DNA from: Candidatus Methylacidiphilales bacterium
Lineage (GTDB): Bacteria; Verrucomicrobiota; Verrucomicrobiia; Methylacidiphilales; JAAUTS01
NCBI GenBank assembly: GCA_038250235.1
Contig: JBBSCO010000010.1
Coordinates: forward strand, 384-64,383
Length of the DNA stretch: 64,000 nucleotides
Direction of reading: 5' to 3'
Part shown: positions 17,171 through 26,577 of the stretch, in pieces
Numbering within the stretch: position 1 is the stretch's first letter
How the letters are laid out: every line of letters begins with the position of its first letter
Notes under the pieces: generated by a model
Told to the model about the DNA's origin: nothing
The model's database searches: none
Seen by the model: the letters and a program-made list of their open reading frames with translations, nothing else
Made by a program: the position numbers and the translations under genes

Positions 17171-17692
17171 ATGGCAGTTGAAGTAATTCTGAAGAAACCC
17201 GTTCCTAATCTGGGACAGGAAGCGGATGTTGTCCGGGTCAAGCCCGGTTATGCGCGCAACTATTTGTTGCCCCGCGATCTCGCCGCCGTGGCGACAACTG
17301 CTTCCAAGAAAATGGTGGAAGATCTAAAAAAGAGCCGTGCCGCCCGCGAGGCCGCTGAACTCAACGCGGCGGAAGAATTGGCCACCGCCCTTAAGAAACT
17401 CACCATCACGTTCCAGATGGAACATGGCAATTCCGACAAGGTTTTCGGTTCCGTCACGTCCCAGGATATCGCTTCACGTCTGGAAGTTCTTGGCCACAAA
17501 GTGGATCGTAAAAAGATTGATCTGCCACGTCCTCTCAAGGCTCTCGGCGAGCATGAAGTCCAAATCTCACTGCCCATGAGTATCCAGGCCAAGGTCAAGA
17601 TTGTCCTCGAAGCCCCCCAGGTCGTTGCGGTGGAAGAAGAGGCCTCAGCCAAAGGCAAAAAAACGCGTCCGGCCAAAAAAGCCAAAGAATGA
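17171..17692 (+). CDS. rplI: 50S ribosomal protein L9
   Basis: VILKKPVPNLGQEADVVRVKPGYARNYLLP is present, and AAGGAG precedes the ATG. Confidence 0.9.
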   Translation: MAVEVILKKPVPNLGQEADVVRVKPGYARNYLLPRDLAAVATTASKKMVEDLKKSRAAREAAELNAAEELATALKKLTITFQMEHGNSDKVFGSVTSQDIASRLEVLGHKVDRKKIDLPRPLKALGEHEVQISLPMSIQAKVKIVLEAPQVVAVEEEASAKGKKTRPAKKAKE

Positions 17693-17877
17693 ATGCTACC
17701 CGGTCTTTTCCATAAAAAAAGATCGGGACAATTCACTTGACGACACGCCCGTAATTCTTCATTTTGCGCTGGTAATTGGACTTTTAACGTAGTTTTAGTA
17801 AATACGTAAGTCATTGAAAAAAGCTCACTAAGAACCACCGGATGATCAAATCGGCTGCCAGAAGGCGTATAAGGAAT

Positions 17878-20262
17878 ATGACGCAATGTTTGAACAGGAT
17901 CTTTTTAGGGATTCTGCTAGCAGTGGCGTCATCGAGTTTGATGGCCCAGGAAAATGCCCCCACCACATCTGAGGGCAAAACGTTGGTCAAGCCCCCCGCT
18001 CCTGCGGACTCTCCCATTGCCCGTGGCCCGATCGTCAAAGAGATAGAAATTGAATATGCCGGACCCCGCTCTGTCGATAGGAGTGTTATTCTTTCCAATA
18101 TGCGGACATCGGTCGGACAGCCCTACTCGCTGACCGCAGTGGAAGAAGATGTCCGCAACCTCTATGCAACCGGGCTTTTTGTCAATCTGCGCATTTATGA
18201 TGAGCCGGTGGCGGACGGTGTCAAAGTCGTTGTCATTATCCAGCCCAAACCAACGGTCAAGGATATCGTCATTATCGGTGCGGAAAAAATCAAAGAAAAG
18301 CGCATCCGCAAAGAGATGAACAGCAAGGCGGGCGATCCGCTCAGCGAACAAAAAATTGCCGAGGATTCCCGCAAAGTTCTCGAATATTACCGGGTCAAAG
18401 GGTTCCCCAAGGCCACGGTTGAGTACAAAATTGACATCAATGAACAGGCAGGCCGTGCGGTGGTGACCTTCACGATTGCAGAAGAAGGAAAAGCTTATGT
18501 GCGTTTTGTCACCTTTGAGGGAAACTCGTCCTTCAAGGAACAAGAACTGCGCAAGACATTTAAAACGAAAAAGAAAAACTGGCTCTCCTTCTTCAATAAA
18601 TCCGGTCTACTGAAAGAGGAGCAGATCAAGGACGACCTGAAAGCCCTTAAAGAATTTTACCAAAAGAACGGCTACATCGACATGCAGGTCAAAGATGTGG
18701 CCTACAGCTATCCTGAAAAGGATATCATCGATATCAAGGTCACGGTTTTTGAAGGGATCCAATACCGGGTGGGACGGATCAACTTCGAGAAAAACCAGCT
18801 CTTCACCGCGGATCAGATAATGAGCCGCCTGAAGTTCTCCGCTGGCATGGCGGAAGGCGGGGTTTTCTCCCCCCAAGGTCTGGAGCAGGACGTCAAGACG
18901 ATCCGGGACCTCTATGGTGAACGTGGTTATATAGACGCCAACGTTACACCCATCCGCCAGCCCAACATCGAGAGCGGTAAGATGGATATTCTTTATTCGT
19001 TGTCCGAGAACGACCAATCCTATGTAGAGCGTATTGTGATTCAGGGGAACAACCGGACCAAAGACAAGGTTCTGCGGCGTGAATTGGCCGTGGCCCCCGG
19101 CGAGGTGTACGATTCCGTCAAGGTGGAAGCCAGCAAAAAGCGTCTGGAAAACCTCGGCTACTTTTCCAAAGTGGACATCAGCGCGCAGGATACACCGGTT
19201 CCCAACCGCAAGGACATGATTGTTACAGTGGAAGAACAGCGCACCGGTTCCGTGACCTTCGGTGTCGGTTTCAGCACGGTGGACAGCCTTCTTGGCTTTG
19301 TTGAATTGAGCCAGGGCAATTTTGATTTCGCCAACTTCCCGACATTTACCGGGGCTGGCCAGAAGTTCCGGACCAGACTCCAGTATGGTCTCACCCGTCG
19401 TGACTTCACCGTCAGTTGGACCGAACCTTGGTTCTTGGATCGCCAACTCTCTTTCGGCTTTGACCTCTTCTACAACCAGTCCAGCTTCAACAGCAGTCTC
19501 TATGACATAGAGCGCTACGGTGCTGCCGTCCGTGTCGGCAAGGCCCTGAACCAGTTCTGGCGGCTGGGTATCCGTTACCAGGCGGAAAATATCGGAATTG
19601 TCGATGTGGACACCGGTGCTTCTGCTGCTTTGAGAGCCGAGGAGGGCTACCGCACCAAGAGTTCAGTCAGGGCCACCATTACTTACGACTCACGTGATGA
19701 CCTCTTCCTGACCCGCAGCGGTGAAAAAGTGGAATTTTCGGTCGAAGGTGCTGGCGGCCCTTTGATGGGTGACACGAATATCTGGAAGCTGGAACTGGAG
19801 GGTGCCAAGTATTTCCAATTGCCCTATGACCTTATTCTTTCCCTGGGGGGTGCAACTTCCGTGGTGGACGGGTATGATGACACCACCATCCCCCCCTTGT
19901 TTGACCGTCTTTTCGTCGGGGGATCCCGCTCCATCCGCGGCTTCAACTTCCGCGATGTCGGCCCCCGCGATTCCGAAGGTGAGCCTTTTGGAGGACAGAC
20001 CATGGCCTATGCCAATGCCGAGATTACTTTCCCCATCATTAACCGGGTTCGTGGTGCTGTCTTCATCGACGGCGGCTTCAACAATGCCAAGGTCTTCGAT
20101 TATTCGCTGAATGATGTCGCCATCGGCACCGGCGTTGGCCTCAGGTTGAACCTTCCGATCGGCCCTCTCCGTCTTGATCTGGGCACCCCGATCATGGAGC
20201 AAAGCGTTTTTGATCCTACCGGGTCCATCAAGTTCCACTTTGACGTGGGCTACCAATTCTAG
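17878..20262 (+). CDS. bamA: Outer membrane protein assembly factor BamA
   Basis: Signal peptide, POTRA-like repeats, and a C-terminal Omp85 barrel ending in VGYQF. The ATG at 17878 is preferred over 17842. Confidence 0.9.
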   Translation: MTQCLNRIFLGILLAVASSSLMAQENAPTTSEGKTLVKPPAPADSPIARGPIVKEIEIEYAGPRSVDRSVILSNMRTSVGQPYSLTAVEEDVRNLYATGLFVNLRIYDEPVADGVKVVVIIQPKPTVKDIVIIGAEKIKEKRIRKEMNSKAGDPLSEQKIAEDSRKVLEYYRVKGFPKATVEYKIDINEQAGRAVVTFTIAEEGKAYVRFVTFEGNSSFKEQELRKTFKTKKKNWLSFFNKSGLLKEEQIKDDLKALKEFYQKNGYIDMQVKDVAYSYPEKDIIDIKVTVFEGIQYRVGRINFEKNQLFTADQIMSRLKFSAGMAEGGVFSPQGLEQDVKTIRDLYGERGYIDANVTPIRQPNIESGKMDILYSLSENDQSYVERIVIQGNNRTKDKVLRRELAVAPGEVYDSVKVEASKKRLENLGYFSKVDISAQDTPVPNRKDMIVTVEEQRTGSVTFGVGFSTVDSLLGFVELSQGNFDFANFPTFTGAGQKFRTRLQYGLTRRDFTVSWTEPWFLDRQLSFGFDLFYNQSSFNSSLYDIERYGAAVRVGKALNQFWRLGIRYQAENIGIVDVDTGASAALRAEEGYRTKSSVRATITYDSRDDLFLTRSGEKVEFSVEGAGGPLMGDTNIWKLELEGAKYFQLPYDLILSLGGATSVVDGYDDTTIPPLFDRLFVGGSRSIRGFNFRDVGPRDSEGEPFGGQTMAYANAEITFPIINRVRGAVFIDGGFNNAKVFDYSLNDVAIGTGVGLRLNLPIGPLRLDLGTPIMEQSVFDPTGSIKFHFDVGYQF

Positions 20263-20277
20263 TTAAATTCCAATCCT

Positions 20278-20868
20278 ATGAGATCTATTATCCTATCCGC
20301 AGTCCTCACACTTTGTGCTCTGATTTCCCCTCTGCAAGCGCAGTCCACGGGACTTAAAATTGCCCTGATCGATATGCAGGAATCTTTCAAGCAATACTAT
20401 AAAACCGACGAGGCCCAGGAGCGGCTGAAGCAGGATATGGCCGGTTACCAACGGCAGATGGAAGATAAAAGGGAGGATTACCGCAAGATCATCGATCAGA
20501 TCAAAGCCCTGCAGGATGGTGCCAAGGATCCCTCCGCCAGCGATGCATCCAAAAAAGAAAAGGAGCAGAAGCTCAAGGAGAAGATCCAGGAAGCCCAGAC
20601 CCGCGAAAACGAAATGAATCAATTCGCGCAGACGACTTCCAAAGTGTTTCAGGACAGCCAGCAACGGATGCGTAAAACCATCGTGGACGAGATCAACGAA
20701 AAAGTTAATATCTTCGCCAAGGGCAAATACAACCTGATTCTGGACAAGTCCGGCATGACTCTCAACGGAACGGCGGCTTTGGTTTATTCTGAGGGGGTGG
20801 CGGACGTGACCGCTGAAATCATCAAAACTCTTAACGCCAGTAAACCTGCAGGCGAAGTTAAGAAGTAA
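20278..20868 (+). CDS. skp: Periplasmic chaperone Skp/OmpH
   Basis: Signal peptide and a K/E/Q-rich coiled-coil body, positioned between bamA and lpxD. Confidence 0.8.
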   Translation: MRSIILSAVLTLCALISPLQAQSTGLKIALIDMQESFKQYYKTDEAQERLKQDMAGYQRQMEDKREDYRKIIDQIKALQDGAKDPSASDASKKEKEQKLKEKIQEAQTRENEMNQFAQTTSKVFQDSQQRMRKTIVDEINEKVNIFAKGKYNLILDKSGMTLNGTAALVYSEGVADVTAEIIKTLNASKPAGEVKK

Positions 20869-20889
20869 GCTTCCGAAATCCCACACGTC

Positions 20890-21921
20890 ATGGCACGAAG
20901 CCTGGGGGACATTGCGGCCTTGGTTCAAGGACAGCTCAGTGGTGACGCTTCCCTTGAAATCAAAGGGGTGAATGATCTGAGCCGGGCGGGTTCGGATCAG
21001 ATCTCCTTCCTGGGAAATCCGCGCTACATCAAGCAGGCTCTCCAAAGCAAAGCGGGGGCTATTCTGGTTCCCACTCAGGCACCGGGGAATTTCCCCACTG
21101 CCCTGATCCGCGTTGATAATCCGTCCACCGCGTTTGCCAAAGTTGCCGCCCTCTTCACACCACCACCCATTCAATGGGCTACTGGTATCCATCCTTCGGC
21201 TGTGATTGCCCCTAGTGCCGCCATTGGCCAGGGGGTGCATATCGGAGCTCACGTGACAGTGGAGGATGGGGCCCGCCTGGCGGACGGGGTTCATGTCGGC
21301 GCCGGTTCCTACATCGGTCATGAAGTTGTGATCGGCGAAAACAGTTTTATCTATCCGAATGTAACTGTCCGTGAACGATGTTTGCTTGGCAAGCGCGTGA
21401 TACTGCATGCGGGGGTGGTTATCGGGTCGGACGGCTTCGGCTATGAATTTCTTCAGGACCGTTATGTGAAGGTTCCCCAGACCGGTTATGTCCAATTGGA
21501 GGACGATGTCGAGGTAGGGGCCAATTCAACCATCGACCGGGGACGTTTTGACAAAACCTGGATCAAGCAGGGAACCAAAATCGATAACCTCGTTATCGTG
21601 GCCCACAATGTGGTGGTTGGCGAGCATTCCATCCTGGTGGCCCAGGCGGGAATCGCGGGCAGTGCCACTCTGGGCAGCTATAACACCGTCGGAGGGCAGG
21701 CGGCCATCGTCGGACATGTTAAAATCACCGATAAAGTTTCCATCACAGGATGGTCCGCTGTGACCAAGGATATCACTCAACCGGGAGTCTATCGGGGTGG
21801 TCCGGCCAAACCGATGAAGGAATCCCTGGAGATTGAGGCTCTGACACAGCGTCTCCCAGAAATTTACGAGAGACTGAAGGCCTTGGAAAAGGCCTCGCAG
21901 AACGTTGCAAAATCCCCGTGA
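20890..21921 (+). CDS. lpxD: UDP-3-O-acylglucosamine N-acyltransferase
   Basis: LpxD-type N-terminal domain followed by left-handed beta-helix hexapeptide repeats. Confidence 0.9.
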   Translation: MARSLGDIAALVQGQLSGDASLEIKGVNDLSRAGSDQISFLGNPRYIKQALQSKAGAILVPTQAPGNFPTALIRVDNPSTAFAKVAALFTPPPIQWATGIHPSAVIAPSAAIGQGVHIGAHVTVEDGARLADGVHVGAGSYIGHEVVIGENSFIYPNVTVRERCLLGKRVILHAGVVIGSDGFGYEFLQDRYVKVPQTGYVQLEDDVEVGANSTIDRGRFDKTWIKQGTKIDNLVIVAHNVVVGEHSILVAQAGIAGSATLGSYNTVGGQAAIVGHVKITDKVSITGWSAVTKDITQPGVYRGGPAKPMKESLEIEALTQRLPEIYERLKALEKASQNVAKSP

Positions 21922-22219
21922 AGAAGTGGCTCTGGGTTTAAGGTGCTGCCTGAGTTTGAGCCATGTTCTTGATTGTAGCCGCCATCCTGCTCTTACGTCA
22001 GGACTTCGGCAGGATAGGCCGAATCGCGGAACCCCATAAAAGAATAAAAAAACCGGAACCTGAAGGTCTCTGTTATAAAATACGGGGCAACGATTCGGGC
22101 CAATTTCGGATTGAAATGGCCCGAAGCATGCGGCATATTCACACTTCCCCTGTCCACGGAGTTCAAAGGAGAACAGACCCAAAAGTATTCGGGGGTGAGC
22201 ACAGGAGAAAAGATTTTAT

Positions 22220-22293
22220 GGCAGCGTAGCTCAGTGGTAGAGCAGGGGACTCATAAGCCCTTGGTCGCAGGTTCAAATCCTGCCGCTGCTACC
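22220..22293 (+). tRNA. tRNA-Met (anticodon CAU); the elongator, initiator or Ile2 identity is unresolved
   Basis: The cloverleaf was folded by hand: acceptor GGCAGCG/CGCUGCU (G1-U72), D arm GCUC/GAGC, anticodon loop CUCAUAA, T arm GCAGG-UUCAAAU-CCUGC. The sequence ends ACC with no encoded CCA. Confidence 0.85.
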
Positions 22294-22610
22294 CTCCTGG
22301 GTAGCACCCCGTGAAAACGGGAGTCTTTCATTATTTGAACCGTGGTTCACTGCGTATCGCGACAGCGATTCTCCAACAGACGAAGTCAACTGGCAGAGCC
22401 TTTCATAAAGTGAAAGGATCAATCCTGCCGCTGTTACCCTCCTGGGTAGCACCCCGTGAAAACGGGAGTCTTTCATTATTTGAACCGTGGTTCACTGCGT
22501 ATCGCGATAGCGATTCTCCAACAGACGAAGTCAACTGGCAGAGCCTTTCATAAAGTGAAAGGATCAATCCTGCCGCTGTTATCCTCCTGGGTGGCAGCCC
22601 TTGAAAATAG
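22276..22610. repeat. 145-bp tandem repeat (2.3 copies), each starting with the tRNA 3' end
   Basis: Units at 22276..22420 and 22421..22565 differ at 2 positions. A diverged partial third unit starts at 22566. The first 18 nt of each unit (aatcctgccgctgYtacc) equal the tRNA T-arm/acceptor 3' strand. Confidence 0.9.
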
Positions 22611-23305
22611 GGTTCAATGAAGATTATCCGGAAGCCGTAGGATTTAATCCGGGCTCAGACTGCCACAGGCCGGGCGGAGGGGTTTTCGCGACCTACTTAA
22701 TCTATTAAGACAAGCGTGTGCCGCAGTGACGAGTAAACGATGCGGCTTGGCTGAAGAAACTGTCCAGAGAGAGGCACCGATGTAGGAATTCCAGATCAGG
22801 CTTTCTTGGCTTTTTTTGCAGCTGAAGCCGCAATAATACGATCGTTCTTGATGCGGCGGCGATCACGTTTCTTGGCGTTGGTGCGAGCTTTGGTTGAATT
22901 GGATGTTCCCATGCAGATAGACAAGACGCTTCCCACAGTTGTGCAAGAGGAATTTCAAACTACAGGAAGGGGCTGGGAGTAAAAGGCAGTCTGATAAAGG
23001 TCCCCTGACTCCCTGGCCCGCCCTGGCAAAAGCAGCGCTTCCCATGCGTTACCTTTTCCTTTGTTCGTTGCTTTGACGGGATTTATTGCCAATGGGGCAG
23101 CCGCTTAAGAGCTCCGGATTGTTATACGCAACCTTGAATTTTTTTCTTTCGAGAAGGACGGATGCCGCACCGGCTATGCCATGGAACCAGGGGATCAGGT
23201 GGTTCGGGCAGGAAGGGTAGGTCAAAAAGCTTTCGGGACACTAAAATAAAAGGGAAAACCTGTCAGCGGAATTCCAGAATTACCGAATCTCAGTTTTTTT
23301 GCCGT

Positions 23306-24211
23306 CTATTTCCCCAGCGGCCCGGCACCTGCCACGGTCAGGCGGATGGAATAGAGGCCCTTGCTTGCGGTGATGAAGAGCGTCTTGCGGTCCTTGCCCC
23401 CGAAGCAAAGGTTCCCGGTCCAGGCTTCCGGAACCTGAATATGCGCGATCTGTTGGCCGGTAGGATCGAAAACCGTGACGCCTTTGTTGGTAAGATAAAC
23501 GTTTCCTTTTTCATCAATCGTCATGCCGTCCGACCCCATCTCGCAGAACAGAGTTTTGTTGGTCAGAGTTCCGTCAGGCTGGATGTCGTAGCGGTAGGTT
23601 TTCCCAGCACCGATGTCTGTGAGATAAAGATGTTTACCGTCGGGGGTGCCAATAAGACCGTTCGGTTTGACGAGGTCATGGGCCACGCGGATCAGGCGTT
23701 GGCGGTCTTGTGATAGGAAATAAACGGCCTGCCTGTCCTGCTCTCCCTGCTTCCGCGACCACCAGGAACGTTGGTAGTAGGGATCGCTGAAATACAAACC
23801 GCCTCCAGGTCGGATCCAGACATCGTTCGGCCCTTCGAAAGGCTTACCCACGTATCCTTTCAAGACCACCTCGACCTTTCCGTCGGGTGCTATACGCCAG
23901 AGTTCGTTCCTTTCATCCGCGCAGGCCCAGAGAAAACCTTCCAGGTCAAAAGACATACCGTTGGATCGGCCGGCGGGCTCCATGAAGGTCGAAAGCCTGC
24001 CCTCCGTGCTCCACTTGTGGATGCGGTTATTGGGTTGATCGGTAAAAAAAACATTACCCTCCGCATCACAGGTTGCGCCTTCGGTGAAGCTGAAGCCATC
24101 GGCCAGCTTTTGTAGCGTGGCACCGGGCTCGATGATTGCGTTTTCCTGGCTGGAAAGCGTGGACATGGTAAGAAAACTAAAACAGGGAAGGAGAGAAAGG
24201 AAGTGTTTCAT
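23306..24211 (-). CDS. SMP-30/gluconolactonase/LRE-like beta-propeller protein (secreted)
   Basis: Signal peptide MKHFLSLLPCFSFL. Repeated blade motifs are present (EGNVFFTDQPNNRIHKW, SNGMSFD, PNGLIGTPDGKHLYLTD, DGMTIDEKGNVYL). Confidence 0.8.
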   Translation of the reverse strand: MKHFLSLLPCFSFLTMSTLSSQENAIIEPGATLQKLADGFSFTEGATCDAEGNVFFTDQPNNRIHKWSTEGRLSTFMEPAGRSNGMSFDLEGFLWACADERNELWRIAPDGKVEVVLKGYVGKPFEGPNDVWIRPGGGLYFSDPYYQRSWWSRKQGEQDRQAVYFLSQDRQRLIRVAHDLVKPNGLIGTPDGKHLYLTDIGAGKTYRYDIQPDGTLTNKTLFCEMGSDGMTIDEKGNVYLTNKGVTVFDPTGQQIAHIQVPEAWTGNLCFGGKDRKTLFITASKGLYSIRLTVAGAGPLGK

Positions 24212-24351
24212 CGCAGTGGTAAGTTGGGGGCCAGTATTGCATGAAGAGGTCAGTATGGCGGATATGGTTGGAGGAGCCAATACTTCTTCCGTTTCCTATC
24301 TGTGAATATGAGATCCTTGCCGCGCCCGGATGCGGCTGTTATTCTTCAGCG

Positions 24352-24939
24352 ATGGATTCCCGATTGGCGGAGGCCCTGGAACGTTTTGACCGCGAGAACG
24401 CCGCAGACCCCCGCACTTTGATGGTGGAGGGGCAGGCGGTTCCTTATGAACTTTTTTACGCACAGAAGCTGAGCGGATGGGTTCGGCGTTTGTCGCCGCA
24501 GGCTTCGGAGAACCTGCTGCTGGCGGCCCGCTGCCAGCACCTCTGCCGTTGGAAAATTCCCCGCAGTTCCTATGAGATGAGCCGGCCCGGCTATCTGAAA
24601 TGGCGTCAGGATCTGAAACAATTCCATGCCCAACGTTCGGGTGAAATCCTCCGCTCCCTGGGGTATTCCGAAACCGTGGTGGAACGGGTCGGGGATTTGA
24701 ACCTGAAGAAGAACCGCGAAACGGATCCTGAATGCCAGGTATTGGAGGATGCCCTGTGCCTGGTCACTTTGGAGTTTCAACTGGAAGATCTCATTGCCAA
24801 GACCGAAGCGGAGAAACTGCAAGGCATCCTGAAAAAGACCTGGGCCAAGATGTCGCCAATGGGGAGGGAACAGGCCCTGAAGCTGGTTTATTCGGAATCT
24901 GCCAAAGCAGTTGTCCTCAAGGCGGTAGCCGGAGGGTAG
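24352..24939 (+). CDS. DUF4202-like protein
   Basis: LLAARCQHLCRWKIPRSSYEMSRPGYLKWRQDLKQFHA resembles the conserved core of DUF4202. The start was taken at MDSRLAEAL. Confidence 0.55.
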   Translation: MDSRLAEALERFDRENAADPRTLMVEGQAVPYELFYAQKLSGWVRRLSPQASENLLLAARCQHLCRWKIPRSSYEMSRPGYLKWRQDLKQFHAQRSGEILRSLGYSETVVERVGDLNLKKNRETDPECQVLEDALCLVTLEFQLEDLIAKTEAEKLQGILKKTWAKMSPMGREQALKLVYSESAKAVVLKAVAGG

Positions 24940-25044
24940 AAAAAAAGGGGTGCAGATAATCCAGACGAAACCTGTCAGGGAATCTTTATAGGCTGACAAA
25001 GAACAGGCCCTTTGTAGGATAAATCGACTGTGATAGTCCGGGAT

Positions 25045-26577
25045 ATGAATTTTATCGGGGTGGCCTGCGTGAAAAACGAGGAAGACATCATCGAGGCCTT
25101 TGTTCGTCACAACCTTGTCTATTTGGATCGTCTCCTTGTTCTGGATCACGGCAGCACGGATGATACCCCGTCCATTCTGAAGGCCTTGCAGGAAGAAGGT
25201 CTGGATCTCCAGATTCTTCACGATGACAGTCTCGGAAAATTCCAGGGTGAAAAAATGACCGCCCTGATGCATCAGGCTGCGGAACAGGGGGCCCGTTGGG
25301 TGGTGTTGCTTGACGGTGACGAATTCATCCGGACCGCAGACCCCTCTCTCCCACTGCCCCTTCCCCCGCCAGACAGCCCGGCGGTTCTTAAAGTGGCCCA
25401 TATCACCTACGGTGCTCATTCCAGCGACGATACCTCTGAACGAAACCCTGCCCTTCGCCTGCGGCACCGTCTCAAGTCCGAACCTTGCCAGGAACTGAGC
25501 CTAAAACAACGGCAGGGCCATCTCAAAGCCCTGGTTCGCCGGGATATCGCCCTGAATCCGGAAACAACAGTTCTCCAAGGGAATCACGTCGTGTTGCTTG
25601 GTGGGCGGGAACTCGAAAGTGCGCTCTGCAGGGATTGGACTCTGGCCCATTTCTCCCTTCGTTCCCCTACACAATACGCCTCCAAGGTGGTCATCAATGC
25701 CCTGCAAAATTTGTGCAGGGGCTCCATGATGGCCGATCACAGTTCCTTCTATTTCCGACACCTTGAATCCATCCGCTCCGATTATCAGACATTCGTTAAG
25801 GATTTTCCCACTCTGCTTCCGGCCTACATTGAAAAAACCGGACATCCCATGGACAAAGTCTGCGATCCCCTTCCTTATCGGGGGGGGTCATTGCGCCATA
25901 CCCCGGTGCGGGAGGAGTTTTCCCGCCTGATGGGCAACCTAGTGACCTATTCCGAAACCTTGGCGCGCAGGCAGGGAGAGTCTTCCCCGGCTGTGCTGGA
26001 AGCAACAACATGTCTGAGTTTGCTCCTGGGCTGGGACGACGCGGCGCCCTCCGCACAAAACCGCGTGGATCGCGTCATCTCCCTGCTTGTCCCCCAAACC
26101 GTGTCATTTTCCCTTTTGGAAATGGATGTGGAGTCGCCGATCTCCGTGGAATGGCGTGGGGCCATTGGTCTGGTCGAAATCCAGGAACTGACTTTACTCC
26201 GCAGGAATGGTGGCGTAGTGAAAATGTCAGGGAATTCCCTACAGGAAGTTCTGGAAATCGGCGGGGATGCCCGCTTCGTTCCCCATGCCCAGTATTTCAC
26301 GTTTATCAAGGAAATCGGACCTGCCACCCTGCGTTTGGAACCCGGAAAGAACGGGCTCCGCGGACCCTGGGAATCGCTGGAAGTCCGTTTTGTTTACGAC
26401 ACCAACCCCGCAACCATCGGAATACGTTTCATTCAGGCCATGCCACTGGCTTCGGATGTTGAACAACGCCGGCTGATTGTTCATCTTGAGAAAAAGGTCT
26501 CCGAACTGGTGACTCTCGGCGGTTTTCTCCGGCACCAGATTGATTGGATCTGTAGCCTTGTTTTTAAAAAATCATGA
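25045..26577 (+). CDS. Glycosyltransferase family 2-type enzyme (Glyco_tranf_2_4-like N-domain) with an unknown C-terminal half, paralogue A
   Basis: IGVACVKNEEDIIEAFVRHNL, LDHGSTDDT and the DxD motif LLDGDEF are present. It has about 510 aa. Its stop overlaps the next ATG (ATGA). Confidence 0.7.
   Translation: MNFIGVACVKNEEDIIEAFVRHNLVYLDRLLVLDHGSTDDTPSILKALQEEGLDLQILHDDSLGKFQGEKMTALMHQAAEQGARWVVLLDGDEFIRTADPSLPLPLPPPDSPAVLKVAHITYGAHSSDDTSERNPALRLRHRLKSEPCQELSLKQRQGHLKALVRRDIALNPETTVLQGNHVVLLGGRELESALCRDWTLAHFSLRSPTQYASKVVINALQNLCRGSMMADHSSFYFRHLESIRSDYQTFVKDFPTLLPAYIEKTGHPMDKVCDPLPYRGGSLRHTPVREEFSRLMGNLVTYSETLARRQGESSPAVLEATTCLSLLLGWDDAAPSAQNRVDRVISLLVPQTVSFSLLEMDVESPISVEWRGAIGLVEIQELTLLRRNGGVVKMSGNSLQEVLEIGGDARFVPHAQYFTFIKEIGPATLRLEPGKNGLRGPWESLEVRFVYDTNPATIGIRFIQAMPLASDVEQRRLIVHLEKKVSELVTLGGFLRHQIDWICSLVFKKS

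Noticed and set aside
20293-21495. 400-aa ORF on the - strand
   Set aside because: It is antisense to skp and lpxD, both of which have strong family signatures. No motif is recognisable, and its composition is that of a GC-rich shadow frame.
22276-22610. CRISPR array (also considered for 30394..30445 and 1632..1863)
   Set aside because: The repeats are directly tandem (145-bp and 8-bp units) or inverted, with no unique spacers of regular length, and no cas genes are present.
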